A stretch of DNA of 64,000 bases from an uncultured Candidatus Binatia bacterium (lineage in GTDB: Bacteria > Desulfobacterota > Binatia > UBA9968 > CAXXLF01). The position numbers and the translations under genes were made by a program. Positions within the stretch are counted from its first letter, which is position 1. Each line of letters starts with the position of its first letter. The DNA lies in assembly GCA_965218425.1 (NCBI GenBank), contig OZ244621.1, positions 4,000,001 through 4,064,000 of the forward strand. Reading direction: 5' to 3'. Below, one piece after another: positions 31,367-40,999 of this stretch. A model generated the notes under the pieces. That model ran no database searches. It was not told where the DNA came from and worked only from the letters and a program-made list of their open reading frames with translations.

Positions 31367-32587
31367 CTACATGCCGGAGACCGCGAGGCCGTGAGGCCGC
31401 TTGCCCAATCTACGTCCCCCGCTTCGCGTGACCACCACTGAATCCCCCCAGGTGCAATGGTAATCACCATCGGCTGTGATTGCCGAGGGTTTGCAGATAA
31501 AAACCATATGCTCCTTTAGCGCCACACCAAGCTGTTTAGGACTGCGAGCCGTGGATGTAATGATTGGACCATCATCACCCGCCCCGCGGCCGTGCATGGT
31601 AAGCTCCGCCTTGGCATTGGATACGGGACCTGTCTTCGGTGCCGCCTTTTGCCCTGTAGTCTGTGCGAGCTCGGAAAGCTCTCCCACGGTAATGCCGGGT
31701 TTGAGGTTTTCCATAACCCGATCGAAAACTTCCTTTTGCACCTTGATCAGTTCTTGATGGACGGGATTCGCCACTTCCACGAACACAGGTTGAACCCCCT
31801 GGGAACGGTAACCGATCCAGCATGATTCCAATTCGTTGATGATCAAATCCCCCCGTTCGAGTATTCGCATGGTGGGACGAGTGAGCGTACGTTTAGGGTT
31901 TTTTCCGGAGAGCCAGTTGCAGTGCACCGGCATCTCGGAACCATGAAACATCATTGCACCCTGGGCTTTCGCCCACACCTCCCAGTCCTTCGCCCCGGGA
32001 CGAGCCGCGGCGACCTCAGCGCGGTAACCCTGTTCAATAATCTCCATGGACTTTGTAAGCGCCCCGATCTCCTCCTCGCTCTTGACGTAACGCACCTCGG
32101 TGAGGATCGGCGTGGCATCCACCAACTCCGCGTTGGGAAATGCTTCCCGGATTTGCTTCCAAGTCCCATAGAGAATAGTCCCCTCCGGCGTGCGGGTACC
32201 TTCCACTTCCCCTAGACCGGCGATGCCGATACGCCCTCGATCCACCTTCAATTCCCTCAGCCGCTCCACCACGACTCGCCCGTAATTGCGACGGGCCTCA
32301 CGAACGTCCTTGGTCCAGTCCTGCACGTTGGGCCAACGGGCGGTGGCGGTGGTGGCCGCTACAGTCACCTCCCCCTCCAATGGAAATACAGCGGCCAGGT
32401 CCGCATCACCCCCACCACCGCAATGGGTCAAATAACGCGTGCTGGCTTGAAAATCCATGGAGTGTCCCGTGTTTTGCGGGGTAACGATAGCGTCTAAGCG
32501 TTGTTCACGCATGAGCTTTCGCACAGCCGCCCATCTGCGGTCCCGCTCGGCCAAGGAAAATCGAGGATAGGAATGAAGTTCAGCCAT
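31367..32587 (-). CDS. M24/creatinase-fold hydrolase
   Basis: FSLAERDRRW, RYVKSEEEI, RILERGDLI, HGRG, WGDSVVVT. Confidence 0.85.
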   Translation of the reverse strand: MAELHSYPRFSLAERDRRWAAVRKLMREQRLDAIVTPQNTGHSMDFQASTRYLTHCGGGGDADLAAVFPLEGEVTVAATTATARWPNVQDWTKDVREARRNYGRVVVERLRELKVDRGRIGIAGLGEVEGTRTPEGTILYGTWKQIREAFPNAELVDATPILTEVRYVKSEEEIGALTKSMEIIEQGYRAEVAAARPGAKDWEVWAKAQGAMMFHGSEMPVHCNWLSGKNPKRTLTRPTMRILERGDLIINELESCWIGYRSQGVQPVFVEVANPVHQELIKVQKEVFDRVMENLKPGITVGELSELAQTTGQKAAPKTGPVSNAKAELTMHGRGAGDDGPIITSTARSPKQLGVALKEHMVFICKPSAITADGDYHCTWGDSVVVTRSGGRRLGKRPHGLAVSGM

Positions 32588-32614
32588 TTAAACCTCCATT
32601 CGATATATTAACGA

Positions 32615-33523
32615 TTATCGGGGCACCGCCAGCTCCAGAAAGTTCCCCCCGGGATCCTTAAAATAGAGAGAACTCTGAATGGGAGCCGATGGAGGATGAT
32701 CCATCGGACCTTGAAAGGGTTTTTGGTGTTCGTCTAAGAGCGTGGCAGTATTGTCGAGCACGGAACGATCGGTACGAAACGCGATTCGCGGCGAACCCAC
32801 AGCCTGCTCCTCTGGAGGCTCCTGCCGATGTTTTGTGGCGAGATAAAGCCCCAAGGCAGCTTTACCAAATTGGATGTATAGCTGGGCGGTTACCCTTGGA
32901 ACCCGCCTCCTGTTTTCTGTATAAAGTGCATCCCAACGCCTGCTCCCGGGGGCCATATCTTCTTTTCCCTCGCCCCATCGTATTGCCCGCGCAAAATCCG
33001 CCGTGCTCCAGCCAACACGATGGGCCACCGGAAGCCCCAAGATGTTAACGTAAAAATCCTCCGCCCACTCAAGGTCCACCACTTCCACGGCAGCGTGGTC
33101 GATCCCCTGGACGGTCGCTTTTCCCGCCGATTGTCCGTTAGACGCAACCAATTGAATCCGGTTGCCGTTGGGATCGCAAAAATAAAAATTGTCCCCGGTC
33201 TCCTGAGGTCGGTCTTCTCGATAGCTATGGACCTCGATGCCCCGCTGCTTTAACTCCGTGGCTATGGCATCGCGGCCGGATCCTCCGATTGTGTAGGCTT
33301 GATGGGTTCCTGTCTCGGGAAGCTTGGTAAGGTAAGGGTCTTCAGAAAGGATCAGGGACTGCCCCTGTCCAGTCTTAAAGGCCGCATTGTGCTCACAGTC
33401 AGGCCAGAGGTCACGTCCCAGGGGTTCAAAACCCAGTATACGGTGATAAAACTCTTCAGAGCGCTGCAGGTCAGAGACTGCAATGGAGATATGATTGATG
33501 GCCTCGACTTGTAGCCCACTCAT
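32615..33523 (-). CDS. Tandem two-domain VOC protein
   Basis: NHISI...FCDPNGNRIQL and DHAAV...YFKDPGGNFLEL. Confidence 0.88.
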   Translation of the reverse strand: MSGLQVEAINHISIAVSDLQRSEEFYHRILGFEPLGRDLWPDCEHNAAFKTGQGQSLILSEDPYLTKLPETGTHQAYTIGGSGRDAIATELKQRGIEVHSYREDRPQETGDNFYFCDPNGNRIQLVASNGQSAGKATVQGIDHAAVEVVDLEWAEDFYVNILGLPVAHRVGWSTADFARAIRWGEGKEDMAPGSRRWDALYTENRRRVPRVTAQLYIQFGKAALGLYLATKHRQEPPEEQAVGSPRIAFRTDRSVLDNTATLLDEHQKPFQGPMDHPPSAPIQSSLYFKDPGGNFLELAVPR

Positions 33524-33538
33524 TTCAGACCCCAAGGT

Positions 33539-34006
33539 TCATCCCACGTCCAGCACGGTCGGTTTCTGGTAATTCTGACCCTCGTCACGACGCCAGAGGA
33601 TTTCGAGGAAATTACCGCTTGGGTCTTTGAAATAGATGGACTGGCCAAAGGGGCCCTTTTCCGGATGCTCCACCGGACCTTCAAACGGAATACTACGTTC
33701 CTTCAGTGTCTCCAGGGTCTTGTCAAAGCGAGCGCGCGGGACACGAAAAGCATGACGAAAACCATGGGCACCGCGGTGTTGGCCTTGCGCAGGCATGGGC
33801 ATGTAATCATGGGCCACCACCAATGCGAGAAGATAATCTTCCAGAACCACAGAACCATGAACGGACCTTCCCCGCATGGCATCCTCGGTACTAAAGTTCA
33901 CGCGGGTGTTCTGGCGGGCACCCAAAACCTGACAGTAAAATTCCTCCGCTTCCTTTAGGTCGTGCACACAGATACCGCTGTGACTTAGACTCTCCACGTC
34001 TGCCAT
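33539..34006 (-). CDS. Single-domain VOC protein
   Basis: LSHSGI, FRHAF, YFKDPSGNFLEI; GGAGG RBS. Confidence 0.88.
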   Translation of the reverse strand: MADVESLSHSGICVHDLKEAEEFYCQVLGARQNTRVNFSTEDAMRGRSVHGSVVLEDYLLALVVAHDYMPMPAQGQHRGAHGFRHAFRVPRARFDKTLETLKERSIPFEGPVEHPEKGPFGQSIYFKDPSGNFLEILWRRDEGQNYQKPTVLDVG

Positions 34007-34017
34007 GGTCGATCCTC

Positions 34018-34839
34018 CTATGCCTGTTGAACCTGGGGAGCACAAAATTCAGCGCCGCACACCGGCGGAACCAGCTGCTCCGGATCAAAATCCTTGCGAG
34101 CCAGGACCACTTCGGGGTCCACAACCACCGTGCCATCCTCTTCAATGGTAACTGGATGGATTCTAAGGGGGGCGAGATTATGGATATGGCCCGTGTGCTG
34201 TCCCTTGCGATTAAAAGTGGCACCGTGAAAGGAGCAGAAAAAACGCCAGTGTTCCTTCTGCCACGCGATCTGTCCGTTCATGTGCGAGCACCAGCGGGAA
34301 AGGGCGATAAATCCCTCGGAATGACGGACGAGATAGAACTTCGCCTTGCCGAAGAGAGTCACCGAGCCGATGGCAAAATCATCAATCTTGCCACAGTGGA
34401 CCTTTCCCACTCCTGGTCTGATAATCTCATGGGCCTCGGGGCCAAAGGCCTGCACTTGGTATCTGTGGCCGTCGGGGTCATAGACATCCATGCTCTTCTC
34501 CCCCATGGCTCTAAAGGCCTCCCGGTTGTCGCTGATGTCGTACCCTCGCTCTTTTAACCTTTCCTGGGCGCGTTTGTACTGCTCGATGGTGAGAAGCCAT
34601 GCGTGATGGATGCTTCCGCTATTGGGACGGAAGGGTTCCACCTTGGGCACCTGTACCAGGAGAACCATCTGCCCCGTATTCATTTTCAGGAGTAAATTGG
34701 GACCTTCCTCGGAGACAAGGTTTCTTCCCACTGGATCCAACCCCAACACCTCTTGATAGAACTTCTCCGACCGGTCGAGATCCGTCACTTGAATCACCAG
34801 GTGACTGAAACCCTCAACAAGCGTCATTTGTACCTCCAT
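34018..34839 (-). CDS. VOC domain fused to Rieske [2Fe-2S] domain
   Basis: N-terminal SHLVI, HHAW, YDPDGHRYQV; C-terminal CSH...CSFHGATF Rieske motifs. Confidence 0.88.
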   Translation of the reverse strand: MEVQMTLVEGFSHLVIQVTDLDRSEKFYQEVLGLDPVGRNLVSEEGPNLLLKMNTGQMVLLVQVPKVEPFRPNSGSIHHAWLLTIEQYKRAQERLKERGYDISDNREAFRAMGEKSMDVYDPDGHRYQVQAFGPEAHEIIRPGVGKVHCGKIDDFAIGSVTLFGKAKFYLVRHSEGFIALSRWCSHMNGQIAWQKEHWRFFCSFHGATFNRKGQHTGHIHNLAPLRIHPVTIEEDGTVVVDPEVVLARKDFDPEQLVPPVCGAEFCAPQVQQA

Positions 34840-35045
34840 GCCGCAGCGACAAAATGCTCACCAATGATATTCCACCTATCTTCCTATAGAACGGGAAGCA
34901 AATTCCTGTCAAGCCAGGGCAGGCATTGGACCTCCATTAAAAGTGCGACAAAAAGACCCTTTGGACCACTGTGGTGGGGCAGGATCATTTGACATTTCAC
35001 CCCCATTGCAGTTTTCTAGATGTAAGGCTTCCAAAAAAGGCTGTT

Positions 35046-35423
35046 GTGAACCCCGGTCCAAAGGACTCCGTGGAAATACACATTAAGAATCTCAAGATAA
35101 AGGCTATCATTGGCATTAACGACTGGGAGCGCAAGGAGAAGCAGGATGTGATCGTCAATGTGGCCTTGGAGCTGGATGCTTCCAGCGCAGCCCAAACCGA
35201 TCGAATCGAAGATACTCTCAATTATAAGACGTTAACGAAACGCATCATCAGTGAGGTGGAGTCGTCAGAATTTTATTTACTTGAGAAGCTGGCCCACCAC
35301 ATCCTTAATCTTGTCTTGGAAGACAACAAGGCAATAAGGGGAACCGTGGAGGTGGATAAACCCCAGGCACTGAGGTTCGCGGATTCCGTCTCGGTGAAAT
35401 GTTCAGGGGAGCGACGTGCATGA
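35046..35423 (+). CDS. folX: FolX/FolB-family T-fold pterin epimerase/aldolase (closer to FolX)
   Basis: IIGINDWER..KQDV, LNYKTLTKRII, LLEKL, DKPQALRFADSVSV; start codon uncertain. Confidence 0.75.
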   Translation: MNPGPKDSVEIHIKNLKIKAIIGINDWERKEKQDVIVNVALELDASSAAQTDRIEDTLNYKTLTKRIISEVESSEFYLLEKLAHHILNLVLEDNKAIRGTVEVDKPQALRFADSVSVKCSGERRA

Positions 35424-35803
35424 ACCGGGTGGTAATCGGCATCGGCTCCAATATCCAACCAGAGGCCAATATCTCAAAAGCCATCAAAAGGATCGCCGAG
35501 TCCCATCGGATTCTCAATGAGTCTCGCTTCGTGGAAACGGAGCCCCTCGCGGGACGAGACCAACCTAACTATGTGAATGGAGCCATCCTGATTCAGACAT
35601 CCATGGACCGGGAGGAGCTCAAAGCGTGGCTCAGAGAGCTGGAAGATGACCTGGGTCGCACCCGGAGTATCGATAGATACGATTCACGAACCATCGATCT
35701 CGATATCGTAGTCTGGAGCGGAAAGATCGTAGACGAAGACGTTTATGAAAGGGAATTCTTGAAGGCCGCCATACTGGAGATCTGTCCGCGGCTTAACATT
35801 TAG
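35420..35803 (+). CDS. folK: 6-hydroxymethyl-7,8-dihydropterin pyrophosphokinase
   Basis: IGIGSNI, YVNGA, LEDDLGR, SRTIDLDIV; ATGA overlap with upstream gene. Confidence 0.92.
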   Translation: MNRVVIGIGSNIQPEANISKAIKRIAESHRILNESRFVETEPLAGRDQPNYVNGAILIQTSMDREELKAWLRELEDDLGRTRSIDRYDSRTIDLDIVVWSGKIVDEDVYEREFLKAAILEICPRLNI

Positions 35804-35813
35804 TACTGGCGGT

Positions 35814-36341
35814 GTGAAAGAAAAACTGGTCATAGGGGCTTACTTGTCGGCTGCGGTTGCGGCCAATATCACCGTTCACTACTTCGGTCCCGCCGCCATG
35901 CCCCTGATCGCTTTTTTTATGATCGGCCTGGACCTTTCCAGCCGCGATTATCTCCACGAGGCATGGGAGGGGAAAAACCTGGGTTGGAAAATGCTGGCCT
36001 TGATAGGTTGCGGCTCAATCCTGACGTTCATCGTGAATCGGGAAGCCGATAGGGTCGCCGTCGCCTCCTTCCTGGCGTTTGCCGGTGCCGGGGCAAGTGA
36101 CGCTGTCATCTATGGAATTCTTAAAGGAAGGGCAAGATTGCTAAAGGTAAATGGGTCCAACCTCATCAGCGCCCTTGTGGATTCCGTGGTATTCCCCGCC
36201 GCAGCATTTGGAATCTTCAGTATCCCCGTTATTGCGGCCCAGTACGCCGCTAAGGTAGGAGGCGGATTCTTCTGGTCCATGATTCTAGAGAGGTTCATGT
36301 GGGGGCGTGAGGCATCAGGCCCCGTGGTCAAACAGGGTTGA
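35814..36341 (+). CDS. VUT (Vut_1/YhhQ-like) small membrane protein
   Basis: AVAAN, IGLDLSSRDYLHE, ASFLAF, SNLISALVDSVVF, QYAAKVGGG. Confidence 0.78.
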   Translation: MKEKLVIGAYLSAAVAANITVHYFGPAAMPLIAFFMIGLDLSSRDYLHEAWEGKNLGWKMLALIGCGSILTFIVNREADRVAVASFLAFAGAGASDAVIYGILKGRARLLKVNGSNLISALVDSVVFPAAAFGIFSIPVIAAQYAAKVGGGFFWSMILERFMWGREASGPVVKQG

Positions 36342-36368
36342 GCAAAAACCGAGACCTAGGATTTACCC

Positions 36369-37349
36369 ATGGCTTACATTTGTCTATTTACATTCCTCGT
36401 GTGGTCATGGCTGCCCATCGGTCTTGGCTTTTCTGCCGCCGCTCCGTTTAAAGTCGAATCCGCAAGGATCGAACCGGCCAATTCCAACGGGGAACGCCAT
36501 GGGCAACTGGTTTTTCTAGGCGGCTTCGAATTGGCATCCAAGGACTCCCGTTTTGGGGGCCTCTCGGGTCTGGCCCTGAGCAAGGATGGAAGCCAGCTTT
36601 ATGCCATATCTGACCGGGGCTACTGGCTCACCGCCCGCCTTCACCACGACGGCCAGGGAGTGCTTAAGCGTGTGGATTCATGGCAAATGGCCTCCCTGCT
36701 TACTCCCGCAGGAAAGGCCCTCAAGGGTTCCATGCGCGACGCGGAGGCTTTGGTTCGCGACCGGGATGGCTCTTTCATTGTAGGCTTCGAGCGCCACCCA
36801 CGACTGTGGCGGTACCCTGGTTCTGGGGAGGCCTTTGCCCTTCCCCCTCGACCGCTTCCTCTCCCGGCGGGCCTCCAAAAAGCGCCTTCCAACGGGGGAC
36901 TCGAAGCAGTGGCAATACTGCCCGACCGCCGATTTGTACTGATCACGGAAAGATACAAAAATGAGAACGGCACTACCAGGGGGTGGCTAATGGACCGGAA
37001 GGGATCATCCTCAATCTCCTATCTACAATCCGACGGCTTTGAGCCCACTGACGTCTCCACCCTTCCCAATGGCGATCTCATTCTATTGGAGCGACGTTAT
37101 AGCCTGTTGAGGGGAGCGATTGTCCGGGTCCGACGACTAACCGCCGACAGCATAAGGCCGGGGGCTCGCCTCAAAGGGCAAGAGATTGCCCTTCTGGAGC
37201 CGCCCTTCGAGGTGGATAATTTTGAAGGCCTGGCGGTATGCCACCACCCCTCGGCCGGGACCCTACTTTACATGATATCCGACGACAACTACAGCCCCCT
37301 GCAGCGCACCCTCTTGTTGCAATTTCGCCTAATCAAGTCTACTCCATAA
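36369..37349 (+). CDS. Phytase-like (esterase-like) exported protein
   Basis: Signal peptide; FGGLSGL, ISDRG, DAEAL, NGGLEA, DNFEGL, ISDDN..QRTLLL. Confidence 0.85.
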   Translation: MAYICLFTFLVWSWLPIGLGFSAAAPFKVESARIEPANSNGERHGQLVFLGGFELASKDSRFGGLSGLALSKDGSQLYAISDRGYWLTARLHHDGQGVLKRVDSWQMASLLTPAGKALKGSMRDAEALVRDRDGSFIVGFERHPRLWRYPGSGEAFALPPRPLPLPAGLQKAPSNGGLEAVAILPDRRFVLITERYKNENGTTRGWLMDRKGSSSISYLQSDGFEPTDVSTLPNGDLILLERRYSLLRGAIVRVRRLTADSIRPGARLKGQEIALLEPPFEVDNFEGLAVCHHPSAGTLLYMISDDNYSPLQRTLLLQFRLIKSTP

Positions 37350-37393
37350 CAAATCCTTCGACCCAAGACCGGCCAACGAAAGGAGTCGACGAG

Positions 37394-38410
37394 ATGAACA
37401 GAGACAAAAAACTGTTGGAGATGAGTCTCGAAGAGATCCGTGAGGCGGCCCACCGCAGCATCTTACCCGAAGCATGGGAACACATCATGGGGGCCGCTGA
37501 AAGTATGTCGACTCTGCGCAGAAACCAGGTTGCCATGCGTAGGATTTTATTCCGACAGAGAATTTTTCACGATGTCACTGATCCGGATATCACACTGGAA
37601 CTCTTCGGTCGTCGCCTGCCAATTCCTATTGCGGTGGCCCCGGTGGGAAGTTTTAGCAAGATCGGCCCAAGAGCCGAGCGGGAGGTCGTGGAGGGGGCCG
37701 GCCGCGCAGGGGCCATGGTATTCGTGAGCCACGCCGCCAGGTCCAACGCCCGTGAATGGGCGCAGGGAGCCTCTAGCCCGTTGGTTTTTATGGGGTACCT
37801 GAGCCGCGGGAGAGATGGCGTGCTGAACTATGCACGAGAAGCCGAAAAGTTGGGATATGCCGCAGTGGGTCTGACCATGGATACGGTCCAGCCAACAAAA
37901 ATTGGGGACCACGTCCCTTTGAGCAATGATGGAAAGCCAAGGCAGGGACACGCCTCGTCCCCAAAGGACATCGAATGGCTGAAACGGGAGGTCTCGCTAC
38001 CGGTGGTCGTCAAAGGGATCATGGGGAGTGAGGATGCCCGCATCGCTGTGGAGGCTGGAGCGGACTGCTTGGTGGTATCGAACCATGGGGGTCGAGTGCT
38101 GGATTTTAACCGCGCATCCATCGAAGCGCTGCCCGAGGTGGTTCAGGCAGTGGAAAGCAAAGTTCCCATCTTGCTCGACAGCGGCATACGAAGAGGGAGC
38201 GACATCGTCAAGGCCCTGGCCCTGGGCGCCAAGGCCGTTCTCGTGGGCCGGCCCATATGCTGGGGGCTCGGGGCCGGCGGATCTGACGGAGTGGAGAGGG
38301 TCTTTCAAATCCTTACAGAGGAGATGAAGCGAGTGCTGATCATGACGGGGACAGGTTCGGTGGCAGAGATCAGCAGGTCAATATTGGCTTCGAACAACCA
38401 GGGACAATGA
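37394..38410 (+). CDS. FMN-dependent alpha-hydroxy acid dehydrogenase family protein
   Basis: VAPVG, VVKGI, VSNHGGR, DSGIRRGSDIVKALALGA, GRP. Confidence 0.92.
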   Translation: MNRDKKLLEMSLEEIREAAHRSILPEAWEHIMGAAESMSTLRRNQVAMRRILFRQRIFHDVTDPDITLELFGRRLPIPIAVAPVGSFSKIGPRAEREVVEGAGRAGAMVFVSHAARSNAREWAQGASSPLVFMGYLSRGRDGVLNYAREAEKLGYAAVGLTMDTVQPTKIGDHVPLSNDGKPRQGHASSPKDIEWLKREVSLPVVVKGIMGSEDARIAVEAGADCLVVSNHGGRVLDFNRASIEALPEVVQAVESKVPILLDSGIRRGSDIVKALALGAKAVLVGRPICWGLGAGGSDGVERVFQILTEEMKRVLIMTGTGSVAEISRSILASNNQGQ

Positions 38411-38484
38411 TCGGGTACGTTACTTTTTGCTTCCACCCTTTGGCTGCTTTGGATGATCTCCTTGGTCGTTCCTCCGCCAGGACA

Positions 38485-38754
38485 CTAAGGTCCCCTACTG
38501 ACTCTGATGTCGATATTGAGGACCTCACCCTTGCGAATCATGTTAAAGGATTCCACCTTTGTGACAACGGAACGAAGAAATTCTTTCGCCGGTCTCTCAA
38601 TGGAAACTACAATGTCTTCCGTGGGCGAACCATCCAGTGTTACGGTTCCTTTCACGATTCCAGTCTGATCCATCCCTTCGGCACCAAAGGCGATACCGAA
38701 ATGGATCGAGTAAAACAAAAACACACCGAGGGAAAGAATTCGGAAGTTTTTCAT
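38485..38754 (-). pseudogene. Truncated exported carboxypeptidase-regulatory-like protein
   Basis: Signal peptide plus GIVKGTVTL..VVSIE, then abrupt end; ATGA overlap with upstream gene. Confidence 0.5.
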
Positions 38755-39497
38755 TTCCCTACCCTTTGTGCAGCAGACAAGAAAAAGTCTACTTTGGAGA
38801 CTCCCCCGTCCTTGATCTCAACCGGCTTCTCCAGCGTTCCCAGACTCTCGTGCCAAACCTTCAAACGATAATTCCCTGGAGGTATGTCACGGATTTCATA
38901 TTTACCAAGGATGTCTGTCACGGCGTGGTAAGGGTGCTCCGTCACAACAATGTAAGCCCTCATCCAGGGGTGGACATCACAAAAAAAGGGGACGACACCA
39001 GGGCTCACTAGCGGTTTCCGACTCACCTTTCCTGGGTAGAGACCGAGATTAAAATCGGGTTGTCCACCCTTGAAATAAGCATGGGCGGTGTGAAGGATGG
39101 GGTCGCTGTTTCTAACCGCCAACCATTGCCCTACGCTGGCCGCCTGCACACGGGGCACAAAGCGGCACTCTTTGTTGTCCAACTCATTCACCACCTCCCG
39201 CTCCACTCTCTTTCCCCTGGTCACTCCCTCCAGGGTCAAAACGGCATATCGGACCCCAGCCTCAAATCCCACAACAATGCTTTCGTTGGGAACCCCTTCG
39301 CACACTTGTTTAAATTTAAATATCTCCGGCGCCGGGAGCTGGTCTAGTTTTCCTTGCAGCTTTACGACACCCTTGATCATCCCTCCGTCAGTAACCTGAA
39401 CGCCCTCGTAGCCTCCGATCACCGAAGGGGAAAAGAGCAAAGCTAAAAATACCAAAATTGAACAGAACGTCTCTCTTGCATTGCACATCATGACCAT
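38751..39497 (-). CDS. Exported cupredoxin-like / carboxypeptidase-regulatory-like protein
   Basis: CRFVPRV, NSDPILHT, CDVHPWM (H/C/H/M set), IPPGNYRLKVWHE. Confidence 0.82.
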   Translation of the reverse strand: MVMMCNARETFCSILVFLALLFSPSVIGGYEGVQVTDGGMIKGVVKLQGKLDQLPAPEIFKFKQVCEGVPNESIVVGFEAGVRYAVLTLEGVTRGKRVEREVVNELDNKECRFVPRVQAASVGQWLAVRNSDPILHTAHAYFKGGQPDFNLGLYPGKVSRKPLVSPGVVPFFCDVHPWMRAYIVVTEHPYHAVTDILGKYEIRDIPPGNYRLKVWHESLGTLEKPVEIKDGGVSKVDFFLSAAQRVGK

Positions 39498-39505
39498 CAG
39501 CTAGA

Positions 39506-39520
39506 GCAAGGTGTATGCCA
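39506..39520 (-). promoter_or_regulatory. Sigma-54 -24/-12 promoter
   Basis: TGGCATACACCTTGC (GG-N10-GC). Confidence 0.75.
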
Positions 39521-39655
39521 GAGAAATGATAGATAGGCATTCAGCAAGGGCTACGGCTTTCCTTAGAATTCGGAAATTCATGTGAGAATAGTCCCACCTG
39601 CAAGAACCAGGCACTGAAAGGCCCCTATCCAACAACGAAATCTCCATCTCCGGAT

Positions 39656-39670
39656 TGGCACATTTTATGC
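39656..39670 (+). promoter_or_regulatory. Sigma-54 -24/-12 promoter
   Basis: TGGCACATTTTATGC followed by RBS TAAGGAGG. Confidence 0.72.
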
Positions 39671-39699
39671 AAATTCTAATTTAGTCAATTTAAGGAGGA

Positions 39700-39900
39700 C
39701 GGCAACAGACTTTTTCAGAGCTCTCCCGGGCCGGAGTCCGCTACGCATTGGAGTTGGCGAAAGTGGTCAAAGCCGAGGTCACCGTATATCACGTGGTAAG
39801 CCAGGGCGAACTCATGTGGATTTGGGAGCCGGCCACGGGTCGGATTCTCTGATACCCCCCCGATGCTTGATAAATACCATGAGCGTCGCGGGGGTTTGCC
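39700..39900 (+). pseudogene. Universal stress protein remnant
   Basis: ATDF / SELSRAGVRYALELAKVVKAEVTVYHVV across a frameshift; no start codon; 3' end approximate. Confidence 0.65.
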
Positions 39901-40384
39901 TTTTCTCCTTCATGGGGGCATGAAGAAGAGATTGCTCCCCACTGATTTTCTTTGCACTTCTTTATGGCCTCCACCACACGGAAAAATCCGGAAAGTAAAA
40001 GCCGCAAGAAGCTGGGTCGGATTCCCCTGCCACAGAAAACGAGCCGTCCCCAAACCACCAAAAAGGGAAAGAAGGGTTACGATCGTATGAGGGACAGAAA
40101 AGACATTTTGAAAGAGGGAGCGGATGACCTTGAGTAAAAGCAGCAACCAAAAGGTCGGCACCAGGGGAACCAACAGTGTTGAGTGTAAAGTGTTAAGCGA
40201 GGGAAAAATTCAAAAAATCGGGAATGATCGATTCTTAACACTGGAGGCTCAGCACTCAACACTTCCTCGCTGAAGGTTGACGTTTGAACGGTATCCCCCC
40301 TCAACCCTCGTTATTCGTCACTCATTAGATTAGCCGCTCTGTGCGATCCCCTGCCACCGATAATTGCCGGTCATATTGGTCGGC

Positions 40385-40948
40385 TTAGTGGTGCTTGCCC
40401 ACGGGTCTGACCGTGCTTGCCTGGGGCCCCTTCTCCCCCTCTTCTTCAGCGAAATGCACTTCCGTCCCCACCGCCATATGCTCGAAGTGACCGTCTACCA
40501 CGCTGTTCCTATGAAAATAAATTTCTCGTCCGTCATCGGTTGCAAGAAAGCCATAGCCTTCTTGGGTAAAGACCTTACTGACTCGAGCCACGGGGACCCC
40601 TCCATGGCCCTTTACTTCACCGCGCCGGCGATGGGCGTAATCCTGCAATTGGCGACGAGCAGCGTCAAAGGCTTCTTGAATGGAGACATAAACATCTTCA
40701 TGGGTGCTATGCTTGGACGGTTCCCTGTTGATCACCACCTCCCACCCGGGCACTTTGACGTCCACGCGTACGTGATAGACTATGCCCTTGTGGTGGTGCC
40801 GATGGGGAACCTCCACAACGACCCGGCAGCTCGTAATCCTGTCATAGAACTGATCCAACTTCGCCGCCTTATCACGGATCTCCTCCTCGATGGTTTTCGA
40901 GGAATCCATGTTACGAAAGGTAATCTGCAACGCAACCGTCATAGTCAT
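40385..40948 (-). CDS. HPF/RaiA ribosome-associated domain fused to cold-shock domain
   Basis: LQITFRNM..SCRVVVE..AFDAARRQL; GYGFL..GREIYFHRNSV..GEKGPQA. Confidence 0.9.
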   Translation of the reverse strand: MTMTVALQITFRNMDSSKTIEEEIRDKAAKLDQFYDRITSCRVVVEVPHRHHHKGIVYHVRVDVKVPGWEVVINREPSKHSTHEDVYVSIQEAFDAARRQLQDYAHRRRGEVKGHGGVPVARVSKVFTQEGYGFLATDDGREIYFHRNSVVDGHFEHMAVGTEVHFAEEEGEKGPQASTVRPVGKHH

Positions 40949-40999
40949 TTCCTCCAGAAAAATGCTTATTCAAAAAACAATCGTATGGAACCGGGAAGG

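Noticed and set aside
40249..40275. CIRCE-like half site TCAGCACTC
   Set aside because: No matching right arm; no CIRCE found between clpB and hsp20 either
39910..40340. Short overlapping ORFs
   Set aside because: No recognisable motifs or RBS; probably decayed sequence
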